The notes under the pieces were generated by a model. The model was given only the letters and a program-made list of their open reading frames with translations, was not told the origin of the DNA and did not search any database. A stretch of 64,000 bases of DNA from a bacterium (GTDB lineage Bacteria; Desulfobacterota; Binatia; HRBIN30; CADEER01): NCBI GenBank assembly GCA_019637795.1, contig JAHBUY010000003.1, positions 7,409 to 71,408 of the forward strand, written 5' to 3'. Shown one piece after another: positions 19,641-27,945 of the stretch; position 1 is the first letter of the stretch, and every line of letters starts with the position of its first letter. The translations under genes were made by a program, and so were the position numbers.

Positions 19641-21022
19641 GTGGCGGAGGCGAGGAGGCGGGGGCGGAGCGCGGCGGCGAGCGGGGCGCGCGCCGGCCGC
19701 GGCGCGCTCAGCGCGTCGAGCGCGACGCCGAGCCAGAGGAAGGCGTAGAGGGTCGGCACGACCAGGCTGTAGAGGCCTTCGCCGATGCCCGTGAGGGCCA
19801 CGGCGGCGAGCAGCATGAGGGTGTTCCGCCGCAGCGCCGGCGGCCCGGGGGCGCGCGCGACCAGCCAGGCGGTGCGCAGCAGGGCGAAGAGGAAGGCGGC
19901 GAGGGTGAGCGCGCCGCCGAGGTACATGAGGCCGAGGTAGGTCGAGTGGCTGCCCGGCACCATCGTGCCGCCACCGGCCATCACCTGCGGGAAGTCCTCC
20001 GGGTACACCGGATCGCCGGGCCAGCCGTGGCCGAGCAGCGGCGCCGTCGCCAGACCCTCGCGGGTGGCCAGGTAGACGAGATCGCGCGAGCGGGTGGCGC
20101 TCGGCCGCAGGTCGTCGAAGCGCTCGTGCACCCGGTCGACCAGCGCCGTCGGCGTCCCCCAGCCGATGGTGCCGACGATCCCGATCGCCGCGCCGGCGGT
20201 GACCCCAGCGGCCACCAGCAGCCCCTGCACGGCGCGCGGCCAGTCGAGGAAGCGGCGCAGGCCGGCGGTGAGGATGAGCAGCAGCGCCGCCAGGCGGCTC
20301 ATGCTGGCGGCGACCATGAAGAGGCCGCAGCCGATCGCCAGTCGGCGCCGCCAGCGCGCCGGCTCGTTGGCGGCGACGAAGATCAGGCACAGGCCGCCGA
20401 AGCCCATGGCGGTGGTCCACGGGAAGAGCAGCGACAGGCGCGGCAGGAGGACGCCGAACAGCTCCTCCCAATTGTAGAGCAGCATGCCGAAGTAGAACGA
20501 GGTCGACGGCAGGCTCACCGGCAGCAGGCGGCCGATCGGGGTCAGCACGTGCAGGTACTGCCAGCCCTGCGCCAGCGCCAGCGGGTAGAGCACCAGCGCC
20601 AGGGCGGCGCAGGCGTAGCCCACCCGCGCGGCGGCGCGCAGCAGGCGCTGGGCGTCGAGCACGCCGCTGGCGCCGATGGCGATGCAGGCGCCGAGCATCA
20701 GCCAGCCGAGCACGTAGCTGGCGAGCGCGTGGCGCACGATGAGGAACGGCGGCTGCCCGGCGGCGATCAGGTTGGCGCCCGACGAGAGCAACTGGCAGGC
20801 GGCGACCGCGAGCCACGGCCAGGCGAATCCCCAGGCGCGCGGCGACCGCACCGCGAACAGCGCCGTGCCGCCGATCAGCAGCACCGCGCACGGCAGCACC
20901 AGCCCGATCGCCCACAGCAGCGGCAGGGCGGTGAAGTAGGCGACGATCAGCCGCTCGGGGAGCGAGGACCGGCGCATCGGGCGCGGCGCGGGCGCCGCCG
21001 GCGCTGGGGCGCGACCGTCCAT
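19637..21022 (-). CDS. wzy: O-antigen ligase / Wzy-like polymerase family membrane protein
   Basis: The 461-aa polytopic ORF starts at the ATG checked at 21022. The ATGA overlaps the upstream stop. Confidence 0.7.
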   Translation of the reverse strand: MDGRAPAPAAPAPRPMRRSSLPERLIVAYFTALPLLWAIGLVLPCAVLLIGGTALFAVRSPRAWGFAWPWLAVAACQLLSSGANLIAAGQPPFLIVRHALASYVLGWLMLGACIAIGASGVLDAQRLLRAAARVGYACAALALVLYPLALAQGWQYLHVLTPIGRLLPVSLPSTSFYFGMLLYNWEELFGVLLPRLSLLFPWTTAMGFGGLCLIFVAANEPARWRRRLAIGCGLFMVAASMSRLAALLLILTAGLRRFLDWPRAVQGLLVAAGVTAGAAIGIVGTIGWGTPTALVDRVHERFDDLRPSATRSRDLVYLATREGLATAPLLGHGWPGDPVYPEDFPQVMAGGGTMVPGSHSTYLGLMYLGGALTLAAFLFALLRTAWLVARAPGPPALRRNTLMLLAAVALTGIGEGLYSLVVPTLYAFLWLGVALDALSAPRPARAPLAAALRPRLLASAT

Positions 21023-22431
21023 CAGTAGGCGTTCTGCCGCGACAGCACCGCGGGGATGGTCTGCGCCAGGATCTTCAGATCGAGCGCCAGCGACCAGTTG
21101 TCGATGTACTCCATGTCGGAGCGGATCCAGGCGTCGAACTCCGGCGTGCGGCGGCGCACCTGCCACAGACAGGTGATGCCGGGCTTCACGCTGAAGCGGC
21201 GCTTGTGCCAGCGCACGTCGATGCGCTCGACGTCGCGCACCGGCAGCGGCCGCGGCCCGACCAGGCTCATCTCGCCGCGCAGCACGTTCACGAGCTGCGG
21301 CAGCTCGTCGAGGCTGGTGGCGCGCAGCCAGCGCCCGAGGCGGGTGACGCGCGGATCGGCCCTGATCTTGAACACCGGCCCCTCGGCCTCGTTGCGCGCC
21401 TCGAGCGCCGCCTGCAGGCGCTCGGCGTCGGGCACCATGGTGCGGAACTTGAGGGCGCGGAAGCGGCGGCGGTTCAGGCCGATGCGCTCCTGGGCGAAGA
21501 TCACCGGCCCGGGCGAGTCGAGCTTGATGGCGATGGCGATGGCGAGCAGCGCCGGCGCCAGCAGCGCCAGGCCGGCGAGGGCGCCGGCGAGGTCGATCAG
21601 CCGCTTGGCGGCGAGCAGGGCGGCATCGTCGGGGCCGCTGCCGATGGTCATCACCGCGCGCCCGACCAGGCTGTCCGCCGCCGCCCAGGCGCCGGGGACG
21701 ACGCTGAGGTCGGCGAGCAGCCGCACCAGCACGCCCTGCTCCTCGCACAGCGACACCATCTTCGCGACCACCGGCTGCGAGCGGTCGAGCGGGAAGGCGA
21801 GGAAGACCTCGTCGATCGGCTGCCGGTCGAGCGCCGCCTCCAGGCGCACCAGCGCCGCCTGCGCCCGCGCCGCCGCGGTGTCGCCGCTGCCGGCGGCGTC
21901 GATGACCTCGACGATGCGGTAGCCGAGCGTCCCGCGCGCCCCGAGGTCATCGGCGGCGCGGCGCGCCGCCTCGCCCTCGCCGGCGACGATGACGTCGCGC
22001 AGATTGCGCCCGGCGCGGCGCGCCAGCGCGCCGACGGCGCGCAGCAGGCGGCGGCCGGCGGCCAGCAGCAGCACGCTCAGCGCCCACAGCGTCACCGCCA
22101 GCGCGCCGCCGAGGCGCTGGTAGCCGAGCAGCGCGCCGAGCAGCGGCACCGGCGCGGCGGCGAGCGCGGCGGCGAAGGCGACGTCGCGCAGCTCGCGGCT
22201 GGCGGTGGCCAGGCGATACGAGCCGTAGAGCCCGATGCTGGCCAGCGCCAGGTGCCAGTAGAAGAGGTACAGCGCCAGCAGCAGCACCTCGGCGAGGCTC
22301 AGCGAGCGCTCCAGCAGCCCGGGGAGCGGCAGCCCGGCGCTGAGCGCCAGCGCTGCGGCGATGGCGCAGAGCACCAGCAGCAGGTCGACGGCGCCCAGTC
22401 CGGTGAGCAGCATCTGGCGACGTGGGGTCAT
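21022..22431 (-). CDS. exopolysaccharide polyprenyl glycosylphosphotransferase (WbaP/CpsE-type priming sugar transferase)
   Basis: The C-terminal domain is ...FKIRADPRVTRLGRWLRATSLDELPQLVNVLRGEMSLVGPRP ... with TM helices at the N-terminus. Confidence 0.9.
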   Translation of the reverse strand: MTPRRQMLLTGLGAVDLLLVLCAIAAALALSAGLPLPGLLERSLSLAEVLLLALYLFYWHLALASIGLYGSYRLATASRELRDVAFAAALAAAPVPLLGALLGYQRLGGALAVTLWALSVLLLAAGRRLLRAVGALARRAGRNLRDVIVAGEGEAARRAADDLGARGTLGYRIVEVIDAAGSGDTAAARAQAALVRLEAALDRQPIDEVFLAFPLDRSQPVVAKMVSLCEEQGVLVRLLADLSVVPGAWAAADSLVGRAVMTIGSGPDDAALLAAKRLIDLAGALAGLALLAPALLAIAIAIKLDSPGPVIFAQERIGLNRRRFRALKFRTMVPDAERLQAALEARNEAEGPVFKIRADPRVTRLGRWLRATSLDELPQLVNVLRGEMSLVGPRPLPVRDVERIDVRWHKRRFSVKPGITCLWQVRRRTPEFDAWIRSDMEYIDNWSLALDLKILAQTIPAVLSRQNAY

Positions 22432-22460
22432 GCCTCCTCCTCCGTGCGGCCGCGGCCGGT

Positions 22461-22997
22461 TCAGGTGTCGCGGCCCGTCAGCACCACGCCGACGGTGACG
22501 CAGCCGCCCTCGCGCGCGCGCTCGGCGGCGGCGCGCAGGGCGGCGCGCGTGGTGACGCCGGTCTCGGCGACCAGCAGCAGGCCGTCGCAGGCGCCGGCCA
22601 GGAGCACGGCATCGAGCGAGCGCTGGAGCGGCGGCGCCTCGATCAGGCGCAGCGGCGCCGGCGGCTGCGCGTCCAGCCAGGCGCGCAGCGCCGCGCCGAG
22701 CTCCGGCCCGTCGAGCGGCAGCGGCAGTGGCGCCGCGTCGCCGTCGCGCGCCCGGAGCAGCGGCGCGTCAAGTCCGGTCGCGCCCGGCGACGGCGAGCGC
22801 CACCCGCCGTTCCGGCGCCGCCGGCGTAAACCGAAAGAGGTCGGGTGGCGCGCGCCGCGGCTGCAGCGCGTCGACCGAAAGTGACCACCGGTGGGAGAGG
22901 CGCACGGCGCGCCGTCGCGGCGGGCGAGCGCGCAGCCGATCGAGCAGCGCGTCGAGTCTCGGTTTGAGTGGCGGGCGCGGTCGCCGGTCGCCGCCAT
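22461..22997 (-). pseudogene. degenerate BY-kinase-like (CpsD/EpsG-type) C-terminal fragment lacking a Walker A
   Basis: LRLIEAPPLQRSLDAVLLAGACDGLLLVAETGVTTRAALRAA ... VGVVLTG resembles the Walker B to C-terminus of tyrosine autokinases. No P-loop is found in any frame upstream to 23144. Confidence 0.3.
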
Positions 22998-23143
22998 TCA
23001 CGCCGGCGCCGGGTGGCGTCAGGTGTCGCGCGCCGCGAGCGGCTCGCCGCGATCGTTGCCGGCGCCGCGTGGCGCCCGCGGCGCCGGCGGCGCCGCCATT
23101 CGTCCCTCGCGCTCCAGTCGTCGCAAGGCTCGCATGTACGTGC

Positions 23144-23425
23144 TCATCCCTCGTCCCCCTGCCGGTTGGCGGCCGGCGGCACGCGCAACGTGTCGCCGGC
23201 GGTGAGGCGATCGCCGCCGCGCAGCTCCGGATTGGCGGCGCGCAGGCGGCGCACCGCCGCCGGGCCGCCGCTGCCGTAATGGCGGCGGGCGATCGACGAC
23301 AGCGTCTGTCCCTTCCGCACCACCACCACCTGGTCGCCCGGCGGCGGCGGCGCGGCGAGACCCGATTCGAGCCCGGCGTCACCGCCCGGCGCCGGCGCGG
23401 CGGGCGCGGCGGATGCGACCGACAC
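23144..23425 (-). CDS. LysM domain protein
   Basis: VVVRKGQTLSSIARRHYG ... ANPELRGGDRLTAGDTLRVP is a LysM motif. Confidence 0.75.
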   Translation of the reverse strand: MSVASAAPAAPAPGGDAGLESGLAAPPPPGDQVVVVRKGQTLSSIARRHYGSGGPAAVRRLRAANPELRGGDRLTAGDTLRVPPAANRQGDEG

Positions 23426-23567
23426 GGCCGCGGGCGCGGCTGGCGGCGGTGGCGCGCGCAGCGAGCTGAGCGCCGTCGCGGACGCCCGCCGCCGCCAGCA
23501 CGCCGGTGCGGCGCCGCCCAGGCGGCGCCGCGCCGCGCCCGTCGCGGCAGCCAGCGCGCGATCGCCG

Positions 23568-24368
23568 TCAGCGGCGGCTGGCGCGCATCGCCGCCCAGAC
23601 GTCGCCGGCGCGCACGCGCCGGGCGCCGCGGCCGTAGGCGGAGAGCAGCGCGGTGTGCGCCAGGACGTTCAGGCGGCGCGGCAGGCCGCGCGCGGCGACG
23701 ACGAGCAGCGCCCGCGCCGCGGGCGTGAGCAGCGCCGGCGGCGCCCCGGCGCGCGCCAGGCGGTGCGCCAGGTAGCGCGCCGCCTCGCCGGCGGCGAGCG
23801 GCCCCAGGGCGCAGCGATGGGCGACGCGCTCGTTCACCTGGCGCAGGGCCGGGCGGCGCAGGATGGCCGCCAGCTCCGGCTGGCCGACGAGAACGACCTG
23901 CAGCAGCTTCGCCGAGTACGTTTCGAAGTTGGTGAGCAGCCGCACCTGCTCGAAGGCATCGGCGTCGAGGTGCTGCGCCTCGTCGATGACCAGCGCCGCG
24001 ATGCGGCCGTCTTCGGCGCAGCGGCGCAGGAACGCGTGCAGCGCCGCCAGCATCGCCGCCCGGTCGCCGCCGTCGCAGGGCACGCCCCAGTCGGCGAGCG
24101 CCTGCCGCAACAGCGCCGCAAAGCCGAGGCTGGGGTTGGCGAGGTAGGCGGCGGCGATCGCCGGCTCGGCGTCGCGCAGCAGGGCGTAGAGCAGCGTCGT
24201 CTTGCCGGTGCCCACCTCGCCGATCAGGGTCGCCAGGCCGCGCCGGCTCGCCAGCGCGATGCGCAGGCCGGCCAGCGCCTCGGCGTGCGCCGGGCTGGGA
24301 TAGAGGAAGGCCGGATCCGGCGACAGCGAGAAGGGATCGGCGGTGAGCCCGAAATGCGCCTCGTACAT
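23568..24368 (-). CDS. ExeA/GspA-like AAA ATPase (secretion ATPase as in PEP-CTERM/EPS loci)
   Basis: P-loop GEVGTGKTTLL and Walker B LVIDEAQHL are present. The start was checked at 24368. Confidence 0.8.
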   Translation of the reverse strand: MYEAHFGLTADPFSLSPDPAFLYPSPAHAEALAGLRIALASRRGLATLIGEVGTGKTTLLYALLRDAEPAIAAAYLANPSLGFAALLRQALADWGVPCDGGDRAAMLAALHAFLRRCAEDGRIAALVIDEAQHLDADAFEQVRLLTNFETYSAKLLQVVLVGQPELAAILRRPALRQVNERVAHRCALGPLAAGEAARYLAHRLARAGAPPALLTPAARALLVVAARGLPRRLNVLAHTALLSAYGRGARRVRAGDVWAAMRASRR

Positions 24369-24379
24369 GCGCCCCTCCC

Positions 24380-25873
24380 TCACGCCGGCACGCGGCCGAG
24401 CACCGGCAGGCCGCTCGCCGCCTCGGCGTCGCGCGGGCCGCGGATGGTGGGATCGAGCAGCTCGAGCAGCAGCGCGGCGGCGACGGCGAGGCCGAGGCTC
24501 AGGATGCCGGCGAGCACGACGAGCAACAGCCCGTGCGACCGCGCCGGCCGATCGGGCACGACCGCCGGCTCGACCACCGCCAGGTTGACGAGGTGCGAGG
24601 CGTCGAGGGCGCTGCCGAGGCGCGCCTGCTCCTGCTTGCGGGTGTACGTGAGGAAGGCCTCGTTCGCCGCCGCCAGCTCCTGGTCGAGGCGGCTGTTCTC
24701 CGCCGCCACCTGATCGAGGCGGTCGAGCGCCGCCCGGGCCGAGGCGATCTGCGCCCGCAGCGCCTCGGCATGCGCCTGCCGCGCCGCCGCGTCCACCGTC
24801 GCCTGCGCCAGGTCGCCGTCGAGCTGCTGATAGGTCGGGTTCATCGTCGTCGTCGTCTCGGCGATCGTCGCCTGCTCGCGGGCGAGGAGCCGGCGCGCCG
24901 CGGCGAGCTCGCGCTCCACGTCCTGCACGCGGCTGCTGGTCGGCGCGTAGCGCGACAGCAGCTCGTCGCGCTCCATCTCCTTCTCCAGGACGCGCGGCTT
25001 GATGAACTGCACCGCCTGGTTCTGCGCCTGGCGCACCTCCTTGGAGACGGTCTGCGGATGCCGCCGGATCTCGCGCTGCAGGCTGGCCACCCGCGCCGAG
25101 GCGCTGGCCAGCCCGGCCTCGGCGTCCTCCAGGCCGACGCCGAGCTCGATCAGGCGGGCGCGGAGCTGGGCTCGCTGATCGGGCACCGCGTCGAGCCCCT
25201 CGCGGACGAAGAACGCCCGCTTCGCCTGCTCCGCCGCCTGCACGCGCGCCGTCAGCAGGCCGCGCTGCTCGGCGAAGAACGACGACGCCCGCTCCTGCTG
25301 GCTCGCCGCCCCCTGCTGGCTCAGGGCGGCGTCGACCAGGCCGTTGACGAACGCCGCCGCCCACGCCGGGTCGACGCCGCGCTGGCGATAGGCGACGTCG
25401 ATCAGGTTCGTCTTCTTGCGCACCGCCACCGCCAGGTGCTCGGCGACGTCGTCGGTCCACTGGTCGAGCGGGCTCGGCGCCGGTACGCCGTGCAGCAGGC
25501 GGTGCAGGGCGCGCGCCAGCTCGCGCGGCGCGCCGAGCAGCCGCGACAGCAGCCCGCGCGGCGGCATCTGGTCGAGCTGCGGTTCGAGCACGCGGCGGAT
25601 GAGCAGCGGGCTCTGCAGCAGCTCGGCCTGCGAGTTGAGATCCTCCTCGGCCACCCGGTCGATCAGCGGCATCGCCTCGGCGTCGGGCGAGATCGACCGC
25701 GAGCGGGCGGCCGTGACCAGCAGGGTCGCGGTGGACTCGTAGGTCGGCGCCATCGCCAGCGCCAGCGCCGCCATCAGCAGCACGCCGCCGACGCCGACGC
25801 GCAGGATCAGCGCGCGGCGGCGGCGCAGGCCGTCGATCAGGTCGCTCCAGGTGAGCAGCTCGAGCTCGCGCAC
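24380..25873 (-). CDS. wzz: polysaccharide chain length determinant (Wzz/GumC-like), no kinase domain
   Basis: TM helices sit at the N-terminus (LRVGVGGVLLMAALALAMAP) and the C-terminus (LLLVVLAGILSLGLAVAAALL). Between them is a long coiled-coil periplasmic region. Confidence 0.85.
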   Translation of the reverse strand: MRELELLTWSDLIDGLRRRRALILRVGVGGVLLMAALALAMAPTYESTATLLVTAARSRSISPDAEAMPLIDRVAEEDLNSQAELLQSPLLIRRVLEPQLDQMPPRGLLSRLLGAPRELARALHRLLHGVPAPSPLDQWTDDVAEHLAVAVRKKTNLIDVAYRQRGVDPAWAAAFVNGLVDAALSQQGAASQQERASSFFAEQRGLLTARVQAAEQAKRAFFVREGLDAVPDQRAQLRARLIELGVGLEDAEAGLASASARVASLQREIRRHPQTVSKEVRQAQNQAVQFIKPRVLEKEMERDELLSRYAPTSSRVQDVERELAAARRLLAREQATIAETTTTMNPTYQQLDGDLAQATVDAAARQAHAEALRAQIASARAALDRLDQVAAENSRLDQELAAANEAFLTYTRKQEQARLGSALDASHLVNLAVVEPAVVPDRPARSHGLLLVVLAGILSLGLAVAAALLLELLDPTIRGPRDAEAASGLPVLGRVPA

Positions 25874-25883
25874 GTCGGCCTCC

Positions 25884-26606
25884 TCAGAAGGGCGTGATCC
25901 CGATGCCCAGACTGTTCACCGGGATGTTGTTGCGGATGTACTGCTCGACGAGGACGTTGATGTTGGCGATCTGCGTCTTCGGCACGTAGATCTGGTCGAG
26001 CGCCTGCAGCGTCACGTCGTCCTGCGGCTGCTGGCCGGATTCCACCGCCTCCAGGTCGACGGCGTGGCCGCTCACCGTGCCGTCGCCGTGGTGGCGGATG
26101 ACGATCACCTGGGCGCGATTGGCGGTCTTGAGGAAGCCGCCGGCGTGGTGGATCGCCTGCGACAGCGTCAGCCCGTGCAGCAGCGGCTGCACCCCCGGCT
26201 GCGCCACCTCGCCGGCGACCGACACCCGGTGCCGGGTGAAGGTGCGGACGCCGACCGTGACCTGCGGATGCGCGAGCTCCCCGGCGTAGGCCTGCGCGAG
26301 CTGCGCGGCGAGCGCCGCCGGCGTCAGTCCGGCGGCCGCGACCTCGCCGACCAGTTGCGGCGCGATCATGCCGTCCGGCCGCACCACCAGGGCGTCCTCG
26401 TTGAGCTCGGGGTTGCGCGCGAAGCGCAGCGTCAACGTGTCGCCGGGTTCGATCACGTACGGCCCGGCGGGCTCCGGCGGCGGCAGCGGCGCCGCCGGCG
26501 GCGCGCTCGCGCAGCCGCCGAGCAGGCCCACGAGCACGGCGACGCGCGCGGCGCGGCGCAGCGGGCGCGGCGCGGCGCCGCGCGGCCAACGAATGATCGT
26601 CATCAC
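25884..26606 (-). CDS. wza: polysaccharide export outer-membrane lipoprotein (Wza/EpsE-like, SLBB domain)
   Basis: Lipoprotein signal LLGGCAS is followed by the PES motif region YVIEPGDTLTLRF and an SLBB-like C-terminus. Confidence 0.85.
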   Translation of the reverse strand: MMTIIRWPRGAAPRPLRRAARVAVLVGLLGGCASAPPAAPLPPPEPAGPYVIEPGDTLTLRFARNPELNEDALVVRPDGMIAPQLVGEVAAAGLTPAALAAQLAQAYAGELAHPQVTVGVRTFTRHRVSVAGEVAQPGVQPLLHGLTLSQAIHHAGGFLKTANRAQVIVIRHHGDGTVSGHAVDLEAVESGQQPQDDVTLQALDQIYVPKTQIANINVLVEQYIRNNIPVNSLGIGITPF

Positions 26607-27091
26607 AGCCTCCTGACCCAGCGCTCCGGCAGCTCGACCGACGTCTGGCGTTGCAGCAGCTCCATCAGCACCCGCACCCGGTCGCCGGCGGCGAGCCGCT
26701 CGGTGACCACCGCGGTGAGGCCGCGGAACGGACCGTCGACGATGCGCACCGCGGCGCCGCCGCTCGGCTCGCCGCAGCGGATGACGCCGTCCGCGCCCTC
26801 GCGCGTCTGCAGGAAGGCGACGACCTCGTCCCGCACCGGAACCGGCTCGCCGCCGAAGGCGACGAACGCCTTGACCCCGTTGCTGCGCAGCACCTGGTGC
26901 CCCTGCTCACCGAAGGCGACCCGCACGAAGAGATAGCCGGGGAAGAGCGGCGCCACCGCCGACCCGACGGCGGGCCGCGGCCACTGCCGCACGCGCGGCA
27001 GGTAGCTGGTGATGCCGCGGTCGGCGAGCACCGCGCGCGCCACCAGCTCGCGATGCCGCTGCGTCTCCACCACGTACCACGCCGCCGCCAT
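26603..27091 (-). CDS. NusG-paralog transcription antiterminator (UpxY/RfaH/TaA-like) heading the EPS operon
   Basis: AWYVVETQRHRELVARAVLADRGITSYLP ... PLFPGYLFV is an NGN domain, followed by a KOW-like C-terminus. The start was checked at 27091. Confidence 0.8.
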   Translation of the reverse strand: MAAAWYVVETQRHRELVARAVLADRGITSYLPRVRQWPRPAVGSAVAPLFPGYLFVRVAFGEQGHQVLRSNGVKAFVAFGGEPVPVRDEVVAFLQTREGADGVIRCGEPSGGAAVRIVDGPFRGLTAVVTERLAAGDRVRVLMELLQRQTSVELPERWVRRL

Positions 27092-27945
27092 CACGCGCCC
27101 CGCCTCGCGGATGCCGATGGCGACCGGAGCCACAGCTCCGCCCGACGAGCCGGACTCCCCTTCCGGCCGCCGGGGAACGTCCGTACGCGCCCCTGCCGCT
27201 CCCGCTGCAATGCTTCCGCCGGCGTGAAGCCCGCTCCACGCCTGCTCCCAATCCGCTCCGCCCCGCGGCGGAACGCCTCGCCCCGCTGCCGCCCCGCGCG
27301 TCACGCGCGCGGCGGCGATCGGCGATCAGCGCCGATCGTCTCGCCTCACCTCCGCCTCATGCCCCGCGTCGTTGCCACTCCCGTACCAGCGCGACCGCCC
27401 CCGCGATCGCGCATCGGATCACGCACGCCGCTCGCGTGCGGAGGGCCGCCTGCCCGAAAGTTGCCCAGTGCTGATGCTGTCGTGGGCAGCCGGCACTCTC
27501 GCGTCCATGATTCACCTGCATCGCTGCATGTTACGTTTGCTGCGCTCGCCGTCTCGACAGCGTCAGAGATGACCGATTGCGCCATGGTTGCTGCACTCGT
27601 TCACAAATTATCTTCGCTGACAAGATACAATTTGCATGTAATTTCATCCTGCCGCGCATCATACATGCACGGTGCCGCAGCAATGTGGCGTCTCGCGCGC
27701 GCTGCCATGGCGCGACGCACCGCATCGCGGCGGCGCGCGCCGCCGCACGCGACGGATTGCGGCGTCGCGTCTCGCGCGCTGCGCGCACTCGCGACGTTGG
27801 TCGCGCATGCCGCGCGGCGCGCGATGCCCTGCGCATCGACGCGGTGAATGCCCGCCATCGGCGCGGCCGATGACATCGACGCGACGCTGAGGCACGGCGG
27901 CGGCGCCGCGGCGCTGCGCGGACGTCCCCGCGCGGATGCTGTGCG
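27092..27945. promoter_or_regulatory. 850-bp divergent intergenic region with a locally AT-rich block (27598..27670); promoter and long leader for the NusG-paralog/EPS operon and for the histidine kinase
   Basis: ttcacaaattatcttcgctgacaagatacaatttgcatgtaatttcat stands out against about 70% GC flanks. Confidence 0.4.

Noticed and set aside
12844-21748. Over-long minus-strand ORFs 12844..16317, 15192..17474, 18567..20915 and 19637..21748
   Set aside because: Each contains one genuine gene at its 3' end (GT2, epimerase, GT2, Wzy). The 5' extensions run antisense or out of frame through the upstream gene. Starts were re-set at conserved N-termini and checked against ATG/GTG positions.
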